Assembly (NCBI GenBank): GCA_963717145.1
Contig: OY970325.1
Span: forward strand, 832,001 to 896,000
Reading direction: 5' to 3'
DNA from: an uncultured Armatimonadetes bacterium
GTDB lineage: Bacteria > Armatimonadota > UBA5829 > DTJY01
Length of the DNA stretch: 64,000 nucleotides
Part shown: positions 56,148 to 64,000 of the stretch, in pieces
How the letters are laid out: each line of letters begins with the position of its first letter
Numbering within the stretch: position 1 is the stretch's first letter
The notes under the pieces: generated by a model
What the model saw: the letters and a program-made list of their open reading frames with translations, nothing else
Told to the model about the DNA's origin: nothing
Databases searched by the model: none
Program-made: the position numbers and the translations under genes

Positions 56148-58808
56148 ATGAGCACAATCCGCATCTCCGGAGTGATCCTCTTGATCTTTGCGCTTTCCGC
56201 CGTGCCGGCCTCCGCCGCCGAACTCTCGAACCGCTTCATCCGGCTCACGCTCGACGGGCCGGCTATCACCGAGATGCGCGTCGATCCGCTGGGCAAGAAT
56301 CCGTCCGCCGGGATGAGCTTCGTCAAGAGCCTGAGGCCTGAGTTCTGGCAGGCGACCCCCGAGACCGGGACTGAGATCAGCGGCACAACGGCGACGATCG
56401 GGCCGCTCGAGATATGGGAGTACCGGGGCATGGCGAGCAACGTCGGGATCGACCAGCCGGACAAGCTCGAGCCGGGGCACACGCTCGGGCAGACGATCCG
56501 CGTCCCCAAGGGCGGGAAGCTCTCGTCGGTGCAGGTCCGCCTGCCGACCTGGAACTCGAAGACCTCGGGCGCGACCATCAGCCTCTTCCACGAGGGGAAG
56601 CTGGTCAACTCGCGGCGTATGGAGAAAGTGCCCGACAACTCATGGCAGGAGATCGGCGCGGATGGATCGCCGGGCGCGGGCGAATACGCCGTCGAGATAG
56701 CCGATCCTGTTGGCGATATCGGCTGGTGGAGCAGCAAGGCCGATACGACCTCCTTCGGCGAAGCGCTCGCGGATGGGAAGCCGGTTGCGGTAGATCGGGC
56801 GATCCAGGCGCATACGTATGCCTACGTCGGGAGCGGCTCGATGACCATCCGACTGCAGGGGAGTCGGGTTCACGTTGAGGCAGAGTTCACGCCGACCGGC
56901 GCGATGCAGTACAAGACCTTCCCCTGGCGCTGGATCACGACCTGGACTCAGGACGGCTACGACTGCACGCCCGCATCGGGCACGGTCTTCAGCCGCTTCT
57001 TCACCGACAACCAGCGCTACATGCCGATCGAGCAGCTCAAGCGACGCCCGAACGGCGGCCTCCGGTTCGATGGGTTCAGGTGGCTCGAGATGGACGGCAC
57101 GCGGGATGCCGACTTCCGCCTGGAGAGCGGCCCGATGAGCCTCCATTGGGAGATGCGACCCGATGAGATGCACCTGCGCTTCGACACGGCGATCAAGCAG
57201 ACCGGAGGAGAACCCCCCCTAGCCCCCCCGCAACGGAGGGGGATGGTGACGCAGCCTCGATCGGTATTCCCCTCCGTTGCGGGGGGGCTAGGGGGGGTTC
57301 TCCTCCGGACCCAGTTCACGCTCGATGTGAAGGCGCGAGAGGACTTGGTTCCGCACGAGTTCCCACACTTCGCCTGCTCGGACAAGGCGCTGGAAGCGGA
57401 CCTGAATCGGCTGTGGTGGGAGCGCGCCTTCACATACGGCTCGCCGCCCAATGGGTCGGTCGAGTTCTCCGAGTGGATGGCGATCATGCGCTCCTGGTAC
57501 GACGGTCCTCAGCGGAGAGGTGAGATGGCCCATCTCGCCGATTACCCGATGACCGACGAGGGATACGTCTACGTCTCCGCCGACAGCCTCGGATGGCCGC
57601 TCGTCCCGAACCGCGACACCCGGCACTTCGACACGAACGCGCGGTTCATCCTCGCGTGTTGGCGGCATTACATGTGGACCGGCGATCTGGCGTTCCTCCG
57701 CGGCCAGGCTGAACGGTTGCGGAAGGCGATGGCGTACCAACTCGACGTGCTGAAGGGCAGGGACGGCCTGATCGTGACTCCCGACTTCCGGACCGGACGC
57801 CATGAGGATTTGAGCAACAACTACTGGGACATCCTTCCGTTCGGCCACCTCGATGCCTTCGCCAACGCGGTGTTCTACGGTTCCCTGGAGGCGATGGCGC
57901 AGATCGAGGAGGCGCTGGCAAATGCGGAATGCGGAATGCGGAATGCGGAATACTACCGGAAGCTGGGGCATAAGTCCCATGAGTCCTATGACGTCACATT
58001 CTGGGACGAGAAGGCCGGGCGATACGTCGGCTGCGTGGATATCGACGGCGTGGCGCACGACTATGGCTTCACGTTCGTGAACCTGGAGGCGCTCTACTAC
58101 GGACTTGGCGACGCGGAGAAAGCCCGGCGAATCTACAAGTGGATGGAGACCGAGCCGACCTCCAGCGGGGAGGCCGATACCTACTCGAAGTGGATCTTCG
58201 CCCCGCGCGCAACGACCATCCACAACCCTCAATGGCCCGCCACATCAACCATCAACCATGAACCATCAACCATTCCCCCCTGGTGGACCTACTGGTGGGC
58301 GGGGACTCCCTTCGGCGATCAGTGCCAGGACGGCGGCGCGATCCTCTACAGCTCCTTCTTCGACCTGATGGATCGGGCGAAGTACCGGGGCGCGGACAAC
58401 GCATGGCAGAGGTTCGTCGAGATCATCGACCGATACCGGATGCCCGATCGGCTCTGCGGCGGATCGCCTCTATATCGCGGTGAGGTCTCCCAGCAGGAGA
58501 ACGCGGGTGCGGTCGGCGTGGATTATCCATTCCCTGAGAGCGGGATGGTGCCCTGTTACTTCCTCTACGGCGTGATGGGGATCGATGCGACGCCCGAGGG
58601 GCTGAGGATCAGGCCGCAACTCCCGAAGGCGCTCACGTATGCCGAGGTCCGGGATGTCCACTGGCGGGGGATGACACTCCGAATCCGCGTCACGAATGCC
58701 AAGGTCGAGATCGACGGCTTCGACGCCGCCCGAAAGCCCTTCCGTCGGACGTTCGCCGTCAAGCCGGGCGGGAGCGCGGTACTCGGAGATTCCCTCGCAT
58801 CGAGGTAG
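56148..58808 (+). CDS. Secreted six-hairpin glycosidase-like protein carrying three in-frame repeat inserts
   Basis: Signal peptide; Y.WTGD.AFL, NYWD, DA..NA..Y..L..MA.IE, FWDE.AGRY, QDGG, G..I.P.LP. Confidence 0.75.
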   Translation: MSTIRISGVILLIFALSAVPASAAELSNRFIRLTLDGPAITEMRVDPLGKNPSAGMSFVKSLRPEFWQATPETGTEISGTTATIGPLEIWEYRGMASNVGIDQPDKLEPGHTLGQTIRVPKGGKLSSVQVRLPTWNSKTSGATISLFHEGKLVNSRRMEKVPDNSWQEIGADGSPGAGEYAVEIADPVGDIGWWSSKADTTSFGEALADGKPVAVDRAIQAHTYAYVGSGSMTIRLQGSRVHVEAEFTPTGAMQYKTFPWRWITTWTQDGYDCTPASGTVFSRFFTDNQRYMPIEQLKRRPNGGLRFDGFRWLEMDGTRDADFRLESGPMSLHWEMRPDEMHLRFDTAIKQTGGEPPLAPPQRRGMVTQPRSVFPSVAGGLGGVLLRTQFTLDVKAREDLVPHEFPHFACSDKALEADLNRLWWERAFTYGSPPNGSVEFSEWMAIMRSWYDGPQRRGEMAHLADYPMTDEGYVYVSADSLGWPLVPNRDTRHFDTNARFILACWRHYMWTGDLAFLRGQAERLRKAMAYQLDVLKGRDGLIVTPDFRTGRHEDLSNNYWDILPFGHLDAFANAVFYGSLEAMAQIEEALANAECGMRNAEYYRKLGHKSHESYDVTFWDEKAGRYVGCVDIDGVAHDYGFTFVNLEALYYGLGDAEKARRIYKWMETEPTSSGEADTYSKWIFAPRATTIHNPQWPATSTINHEPSTIPPWWTYWWAGTPFGDQCQDGGAILYSSFFDLMDRAKYRGADNAWQRFVEIIDRYRMPDRLCGGSPLYRGEVSQQENAGAVGVDYPFPESGMVPCYFLYGVMGIDATPEGLRIRPQLPKALTYAEVRDVHWRGMTLRIRVTNAKVEIDGFDAARKPFRRTFAVKPGGSAVLGDSLASR
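57202..57308. repeat. C/G-run palindromic element inside CDS, in frame
   Basis: Perfect 40-bp arms 57202-57241 / 57269-57308. Confidence 0.92.
57921..57951. repeat. Heptamer array (AATGCGG)x4 inside CDS
   Basis: Four perfect units, reads NAECGMRNAE. Confidence 0.9.
58243..58274. repeat. Heptamer array (CATCAAC)x4 inside CDS
   Basis: catcaac catcaac catgaac catcaac catt, reads STINHEPSTI; same unit as 2517-2572. Confidence 0.88.
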
Positions 58809-58824
58809 CTCCAAAGACCAAACC

Positions 58825-59258
58825 TTACTGGGTGGGTGGTCGGGGACATCGAGGTTGTAGGCATAGACTATGGAGCAGAAGAAACGACGGATAGCGCAGA
58901 GATTCGACGGACCTCCAACGCCGGCCGAGCGATTGCTCCGGCATCACCTCGATCCGCTCAAGTATAAGGGTTTCAAGTTCTTCCCGCAGGTGGTCTTTGG
59001 CGGTTTCGTCGCTGACTTCTACTGCCCGAGGCTCAGGCTCGTGATCGAAGTCGATGGTGCGTCCCACCAGGACAAGGCCGAGTACGATGCTTGGCGGACA
59101 ACGCATCTGGAAGAGAGGGGACTGAAGGTGCTGCGCTTCACGAACGAGGAAGTGCTCACTGATGTCGATGCCGTGGTCGCGGCGATCATGAGGGGCAGGC
59201 GGTGAGTAGCTGCATTCGAGTATCTACTACGTTGTGCGTCCCACCGCCCACCCAGTAA
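58825..59258. mobile_element. Candidate IR-bounded DUF559 nuclease element
   Basis: ttactgggtgggtggt (58825-58840) inverted to accgcccacccagtaa (59243-59258), 15/16 match. Confidence 0.5.
58870..59205 (+). CDS. DUF559 (Vsr-like) endonuclease domain protein
   Basis: TPAE..L, G.KF..Q, ADFYCP..RLVIEVDG.SH, YD..R...LE..G..VLRFTN.EV. Confidence 0.93.
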   Translation: MEQKKRRIAQRFDGPPTPAERLLRHHLDPLKYKGFKFFPQVVFGGFVADFYCPRLRLVIEVDGASHQDKAEYDAWRTTHLEERGLKVLRFTNEEVLTDVDAVVAAIMRGRR

Positions 59259-59291
59259 CGTATGGCTCTTCGCGGTGGGCATAGTCGGGAT

Positions 59292-59708
59292 TCAGTTCCG
59301 GAGCGAGTAGAGGATCGCCAGGATGATCGGGATCAGCAGTGCGGCCGCTACGACCAGAAGCCGGATGCTGAACGGCTGCTCCGGCTGCGGCGCTTCATAC
59401 GAGAGTTCCTCCATCGCAGCCGGCTGATCCTCGACCGCTTCTTCCGCTTCCAGCGCTTCCGATGAGCCGGCATCCGAGGCGGATTGCTCCATCAAGTCGC
59501 TCAGGATCGTCAGTGCCACTTCAGCATCTTCCGGCTTGACCCAGAGCTGAGTGCCGTCGTCGGGACCAGTCGGCCATATGCCCTCTATGAACTCGTTGTT
59601 CATTGCGTACCGGATGCCTGCCCCGTCGAAGAACGACCTGGCCGCCGTGATAAGAGTCTGATCGCGCGTCTCCAGTATCTTGACCAGTTCTTGGCTGTCT
59701 CCATGCAT
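59292..59708 (-). CDS. DUF2007-like protein with C-terminal TM helix
   Basis: A.S....AGI.Y...NE, .L.V..EDAE.A..IL; GGAGG RBS. Confidence 0.7.
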   Translation of the reverse strand: MHGDSQELVKILETRDQTLITAARSFFDGAGIRYAMNNEFIEGIWPTGPDDGTQLWVKPEDAEVALTILSDLMEQSASDAGSSEALEAEEAVEDQPAAMEELSYEAPQPEQPFSIRLLVVAAALLIPIILAILYSLRN

Positions 59709-59805
59709 GGGAACGACCTCCGGAGGTCGAAGATATCCGACCGCTGAGCCATTCTACCACGCCCCAGTCGCCGAATCCTGCATGGGTGTGTCTACAACAT
59801 GCGGA

Positions 59806-59910
59806 GAGCAACTCCCAACTGGGTGGGCGGGCGGGTACAAACTCCGGATGCGGTGGTGTCCGCCGTCCCCGGAGTTTGTACCCGCCCGCCCACCCAGTTG
59901 GGAGTTGCTC
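59806..59910. repeat. Perfect 42-bp hairpin (MITE-like) sharing the ACTGGGTGGGYGG core
   Basis: Arms 59806-59847 / 59869-59910, 21-nt loop; runs into gctcagaatgaca. Confidence 0.9.
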
Positions 59911-59986
59911 AGAATGACACCTCTGAGGCAGGAATCACCGACTCCGAGCGCGAACCAACCCGTAATCAGATCAACAGGAGCATTAC

Positions 59987-60316
59987 ATGACCGAGCATAT
60001 CACTCAAGAATTCGAAAACGTGACCGTCGCCACCAAGGCGAATATCTACTTCGACGGCGGAGTCGTGAGTCATACCATCTGTTTCGCTGATGGGAGCAAG
60101 AAGACCCTCGGCCTGATCTACCCGGGCCACTACACGTTCAACACGGGAGCGCCCGAGCGGATGGAGATCATTTCCGGCGACTGCCGGGCACGTCTCGCAG
60201 GCGAGGAGGAGTGGGGACACTATCCCCCCGGCACGGCTTTCAGCGTCCCGGGCAACTCATCGTTCGAGATCGCCGTCGAGGAGATCATCACGGAGTACAT
60301 CTGCTCATTCGAGTAG
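59987..60316 (+). CDS. ppnP: Pyrimidine/purine nucleoside phosphorylase (DUF1255)
   Basis: KANIYFDG.V.S, KTLG, F.T..PE.MEI..G, F.VPGNS.F, Y.CSF. Confidence 0.93.
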   Translation: MTEHITQEFENVTVATKANIYFDGGVVSHTICFADGSKKTLGLIYPGHYTFNTGAPERMEIISGDCRARLAGEEEWGHYPPGTAFSVPGNSSFEIAVEEIITEYICSFE

Positions 60317-60327
60317 GCTAAGGAAAT

Positions 60328-60370
60328 GTCCCCCTTGCGAAGGGGGACCGGCCTGTGGGCCGAGGGGGTC
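60328..60370. repeat. C/G-run palindromic half element between convergent genes
   Basis: gtccccctt-gcg-aagggggac cggcc-tgtg-ggccg aggggg. Confidence 0.65.
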
Positions 60371-61082
60371 AGCGTTTCCTGAACAGCCCTGCCCATAGGA
60401 ATTGCTGACCGAACAGCGGTGGGGACTCGTCCATCTCCCGCATCTGGCGCAGTTCCACCTCCTCGAACAGAGCGCCGAAGATCGTCTGTAGGCGCTCCTT
60501 CGAGTATCCGAGCCCACCGTGCATGCTCCGGTCGCGGTAGACCTGCCAGTCCGAGATATCCGAGCCGCCCATCTCCTCCGGTGGAGCGGCTCCCATGCAG
60601 ACGATGCCGAACATCCCGCCGGGTCTGAGCGCCCGATCGAGTAGCTGGAGGTAGCTGATCCTCCGGTGCGGCGGGATGTGGTGGAAGCATCCGCAGTCGT
60701 ACACAATGTCGTAGCTCTCGGACTCGATATCGAGGTCGAAGATCGACTTGCAGGCGAAGTTGATGCTCAGACCCCTCTCGGAAGCGCGCTCCTTCGCCCA
60801 CTCGATGCTGACCGGCGAGATGTCGATCGCATCCACCATGCATCCCTGCTGTGCCATGTAGATCGCATTGCGTCCCGGCCCGCAGCCGAGTTCGAGCATT
60901 CGTCCAGGCTTCATCCGCTGGGTCTCGAAGTACTCCACCAGGTTCTCGTCGGGCGCACTGGTGAAGAAAGGGATTGGCTTCTCCCGATCCGCATAGAACT
61001 CATCCCACCATTCGCCCTCGTCCCGCAGCAACGAGTCGAGCATAAGGAGAATATCGTCGATCGTGTAGATGCCTTCGTCCAT
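60369..61082 (-). CDS. Class I SAM-dependent methyltransferase
   Basis: LELGCGPGRNA, AIDIS, YD.VYD.GCFHH, L.PGG. Confidence 0.93.
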   Translation of the reverse strand: MDEGIYTIDDILLMLDSLLRDEGEWWDEFYADREKPIPFFTSAPDENLVEYFETQRMKPGRMLELGCGPGRNAIYMAQQGCMVDAIDISPVSIEWAKERASERGLSINFACKSIFDLDIESESYDIVYDCGCFHHIPPHRRISYLQLLDRALRPGGMFGIVCMGAAPPEEMGGSDISDWQVYRDRSMHGGLGYSKERLQTIFGALFEEVELRQMREMDESPPLFGQQFLWAGLFRKR

Positions 61083-61088
61083 CCGTGT

Positions 61089-62365
61089 CTACTCCTCTAT
61101 CGGGATCACGCGGTGCTCGACGCGGGACTGGTCCGCCGCGAAGCCGATGAGGTGGCCGTGGACCGAATCCTCGAGGCTCGTGGTCGAGATCGATGCCGGC
61201 TGACCTCGGAGCACGCGCACGAAGTCCGCGACCAGCCGATGATCGCCTCCGCCATGCCCGTCGCCCTTGACGTTCATGTCGATCCGCTCCTCGGAGTACT
61301 CGTGACCCTTACGCGCATCGGGATGCCGGACGACGAACGTGCCCTCGTCCATCACGCCCTGGATCTCTCCCTCCGTGCCGATGAGGTGGATCGACCGACA
61401 CGGGCGCGATGTGCCGCCGACCATGTTGTGCGAAGCCGTGCATCCGTCGGCGAACTCCACGATCACCGCCTGATGATCGACGACGTCGTTGTCGCAGGCC
61501 CAGACGCAGCGCCCATAGGGGTTGTCCTCCCGCAGCGATTGGAGCTTCCCCTCGATGTCGAGGCCGAGGTGCTCGACCGGCTGCCAGGCGTAGAACCCCC
61601 AGAGGCCCTGCTCGATGTAGTTCTTCCGGGCCGAGTAGGGACAGTCGGCTTCGATGGCGCAGTCGAGCAGGCAACGCGTCCCCGAGCCCGCCGGCGCGCG
61701 CTCCGGGCGGAAGTACGTGCGGCTGCCGAAGCTGCTCACGGCGAGTGGGGCGATGCCCGACACCATCCAGGTGAGGATGTCCATGTCGTGGCAGCACTTC
61801 GACATCAGCATCGACGTGCTCTCGGCCTCCCGACTCCATTTCCCGCGCACGAAGCCGATCGCCATGTGATGGTAGCTGACGTTCTCCTGGGTCTGGACGC
61901 TCAGCACCTGGCCGATCTCCCCGTCCGCGACCCTCTGCCTCACCGCCGCGTAGAACGGGGCGAACCGCAACACGTGGCAGATCATCACCTTGTTCCCATG
62001 CCTGCGAGCCGTGTCCCTGAGAAGCAGGACCTCCGCCGCCGTGGGTGCGATCGGCTTCTCGAGCAGGAGATCATACCCCTGCGCGAGGAGGGGCAGGGAG
62101 GTTTCGATGTGCTGGCGGTCCATCGTGCCGTTGATCGCGGCGTCCGCGAGCCGGGCTTCGATGCGAGTTCGTCGGCCGTCTCGAAGCATAACTCGTCCGG
62201 GATGCCGAACTCCTCGGCCGTCTGCTTCCGGCGGAACTCGTTCGGCTCGGCGACGGCGACGACCTTCAACTCATCGGGATGCTCGGTGCCGTAACGCCCG
62301 TAGCACACGCTCCGATGCCCGGCCCCGATGATGACTGCGGTGATTGGCTTGGATTGAGATGTCAT
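61089..62365 (-). CDS. Gfo/Idh/MocA oxidoreductase; one frameshift ~62155
   Basis: IIGAGHR, LLLEKPI, CHVLRFAPFY, KCCHDMD, GHGGGD. Confidence 0.9.
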
Positions 62366-62871
62366 TGTCTGTTCTCCACGATCCTGTGATTCACCATACT
62401 CCTGAACGCGTCCACCTCTTCCGTTCCCGAAAACGCTCTCTTCGGGATCACCGAGTACATTGAGCGCCCATACACCAGGAGGAACACCCTGTCGGTCTCC
62501 ACCACCTTGCTGTAGTGCGACCAAGCGATCTCCGAGTCAATGGTTGGCGTCTTGAAGTGGATTCCCTTGTCGCCGAACTCGATCTCATAGCGCTCGCGGA
62601 ACTTAGGATTGGTGCGGAAGGCTATTCGCGCCTGCAACGGTCTTATAGAAAGCAGGTCGAACCATTCGATCACGGCCAAAGGAAATGGCAGGAACGCCCA
62701 CCACTGCGCGCCCGCCGCCGAGACAGACCATATTCCGAAAGCAAGCAGCAGACCAGCCACGATCTTGTTCACCTTCGAGGCAGATCCGGTAGCATCATAG
62801 GCGCGCACCGCATGTATCTGCTCGAGCAGGGTGGGCTCGTAACTAACTGCAATGACTCTGGTGTCTTCCAC
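62362..62871 (-). CDS. YcxB-like membrane protein
   Basis: Two TMs then F...GI.....S.I.WS...KV.ET...FLL.......IPKRAF. Confidence 0.85.
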   Translation of the reverse strand: MEDTRVIAVSYEPTLLEQIHAVRAYDATGSASKVNKIVAGLLLAFGIWSVSAAGAQWWAFLPFPLAVIEWFDLLSIRPLQARIAFRTNPKFRERYEIEFGDKGIHFKTPTIDSEIAWSHYSKVVETDRVFLLVYGRSMYSVIPKRAFSGTEEVDAFRSMVNHRIVENRQ

Positions 62872-62886
62872 TGTCGGTCCTCCGAT

Positions 62887-62964
62887 CTACAGATGAACGA
62901 TCTCTCCGGTCTCGATGCTTTGGAGCGCGGCGAGGCTGACCCGGAGCGCGATGCGGCCGGATGC
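62887..62964 (-). pseudogene. 3' remnant of a Gfo/Idh/MocA-like gene
   Basis: Reads ASGRIALRVSLAALQSIETGEIVHL*, a typical family C-terminus, with no upstream body. Confidence 0.6.
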
Positions 62965-63087
62965 ACACGTTCAGGTCCATAACAGCTTCCAGTCCGCTTC
63001 GCCACAATCCGGGCGCAGTACCCGCCGGCCCTCGTGCGTTCACGCTCCGGTCACAAATAGGTCAAGGAAAAGCCTTTCTTCCTCGGC

Positions 63088-63297
63088 CTACACGCCGTGT
63101 AAGCCCTCCTACACCCCGTGTAGGCCGAGTTACACGGCGTGTAGGACGAGTTACACGGCGTGTAGGACGAGTTACACGGCGTGTAGGCCCTGTTGCACCC
63201 CGTGTGAGCCCTGTTGCACCCCGTGTGAGCCCTGTTGCACCCCGTCTGAGCCTTGTTGCACGGCGTGTAAGCCTCCTCACACGGCGTGTGAGCGCCA
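63088..63297. repeat. Tandem array of ten 21-bp units, most with an inner palindrome
   Basis: Consensus ttACACggcGTGTaggccctg; units 3=4 and 6=7 identical. Confidence 0.92.
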
Positions 63298-63302
63298 TGT
63301 GA

Positions 63303-64000
63303 TCAAAGAGAGAACAGATCACTGAGGAACGCCGCATTCTCCCTCGCGGCCTGAGCGGGCGGGACGGCGGCGGTGTCCTGCTCGGCGATGACCCACATGC
63401 CGCCGGTGTTCCCCTTGATCCAGTCGGCCGCCTCCCGAAGCGGCGCGATCCCCGTGCCGAGGACGACGGTGTCGCACCCCGGGCCGTCGGTCGCGAAATC
63501 CTTGAAGTGGATCGCGTAGATCCGCTCCTTGATGCGGTCCAGGAACTGCGCGATGTGCCATCCGCCCTTCATCACCCAGCCGACGTCCGGGCAGAACCCG
63601 AGTTGGTGGCTTCCCTTCTCGATCAGCGCGTTGATGACGCGCGCATCGCCCGCGAACTCCCAGTCGTGATTGTGATAGAGCAGGCGCTTGCCCACTGATG
63701 CGCACTCCTGGGCGGCGGTATTCAGCGCGAGGAAGTCGCGGGCGAATTGCACATCGTCCTGGTATCGGAGCCCCGAGTAGATGAGGTACTGCGAGCCCAG
63801 CGCGGTCATGTACTCCAACGCGAGATCGAGTGTCCGCCGCTCCTCGTCGGCCTGTGCGGGGTCGAGCAGATTGCCCCCGGTGTGCAGGGCAACGAGCGCG
63901 AGCCCCCGTTCGTCGAGCATCCGCTTGATGTCCGCGGGCGGGTGATTCTTCACGTGCCGGAAGCCTATCTCGACACCGGCGAACCCGGCGGCTTTCACTT
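63303..64000 (-). CDS. Sugar phosphate isomerase/epimerase (5' truncated by window)
   Basis: AGF.GVE, LYHNHDWEF, D.GW, IHFKD, LG.G, IAEQD. Confidence 0.9.
   Translation of the reverse strand, partial: VKAAGFAGVEIGFRHVKNHPPADIKRMLDERGLALVALHTGGNLLDPAQADEERRTLDLALEYMTALGSQYLIYSGLRYQDDVQFARDFLALNTAAQECASVGKRLLYHNHDWEFAGDARVINALIEKGSHQLGFCPDVGWVMKGGWHIAQFLDRIKERIYAIHFKDFATDGPGCDTVVLGTGIAPLREAADWIKGNTGGMWVIAEQDTAAVPPAQAARENAAFLSDLFSL

Noticed and set aside
63088-63297. CRISPR array
   Set aside because: Contiguous 21-bp units with no unique spacers and no cas genes in the window.
62915-63337. Cys/Arg-rich repeat ORFs (YTACRTS, TRRVGRV)
   Set aside because: Open in several frames on both strands merely because the unit is 21 bp; no RBS or family motif.

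Overview
64 kb of a GC-rich bacterial chromosome with no rRNA, tRNA or CRISPR that I could recognise. A Gram-positive-type LexA box plus the gene content suggest a Terrabacteria lineage, possibly Armatimonadota (inference only). Most genes concern carbohydrate uptake and breakdown: three sugar ABC permease clusters (two with binding protein-permease fusions), GH78, a GH99-like enzyme, two GHL10-like paralogues, a six-hairpin glycosidase and a Gfo/Idh/MocA-FGE-ApbE cluster. Also present are surE, ppnP, an IS481, an ECF sigma fusion, a LexA-boxed mutagenesis cassette (catalytically degenerate DinB/ImuB-like + stand-alone ImuB-C-like + dnaE2) and several defence-like genes (DUF4365 + second nuclease-like gene, TIR-TPR, DUF2161, DUF559). 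The most striking signal is in the repeats. Many gene junctions carry a palindromic element from one of many families: REP-like GTAG/GGAG/GTT/GTCAT hairpins, inverted 7-, 8-, 9/10-mer tandem arrays and 21-mer arrays. These elements nest in each other, supply stop codons, show compensatory base changes, and sit in frame inside at least three protein genes (six insertions). A DUF559 nuclease gene is bracketed by inverted repeats whose core recurs in a gene-less hairpin 600 bp away. Many genes carry clustered single-base frameshifts that look like long-read consensus errors. Family assignments are from motif recognition by eye, not database searches.
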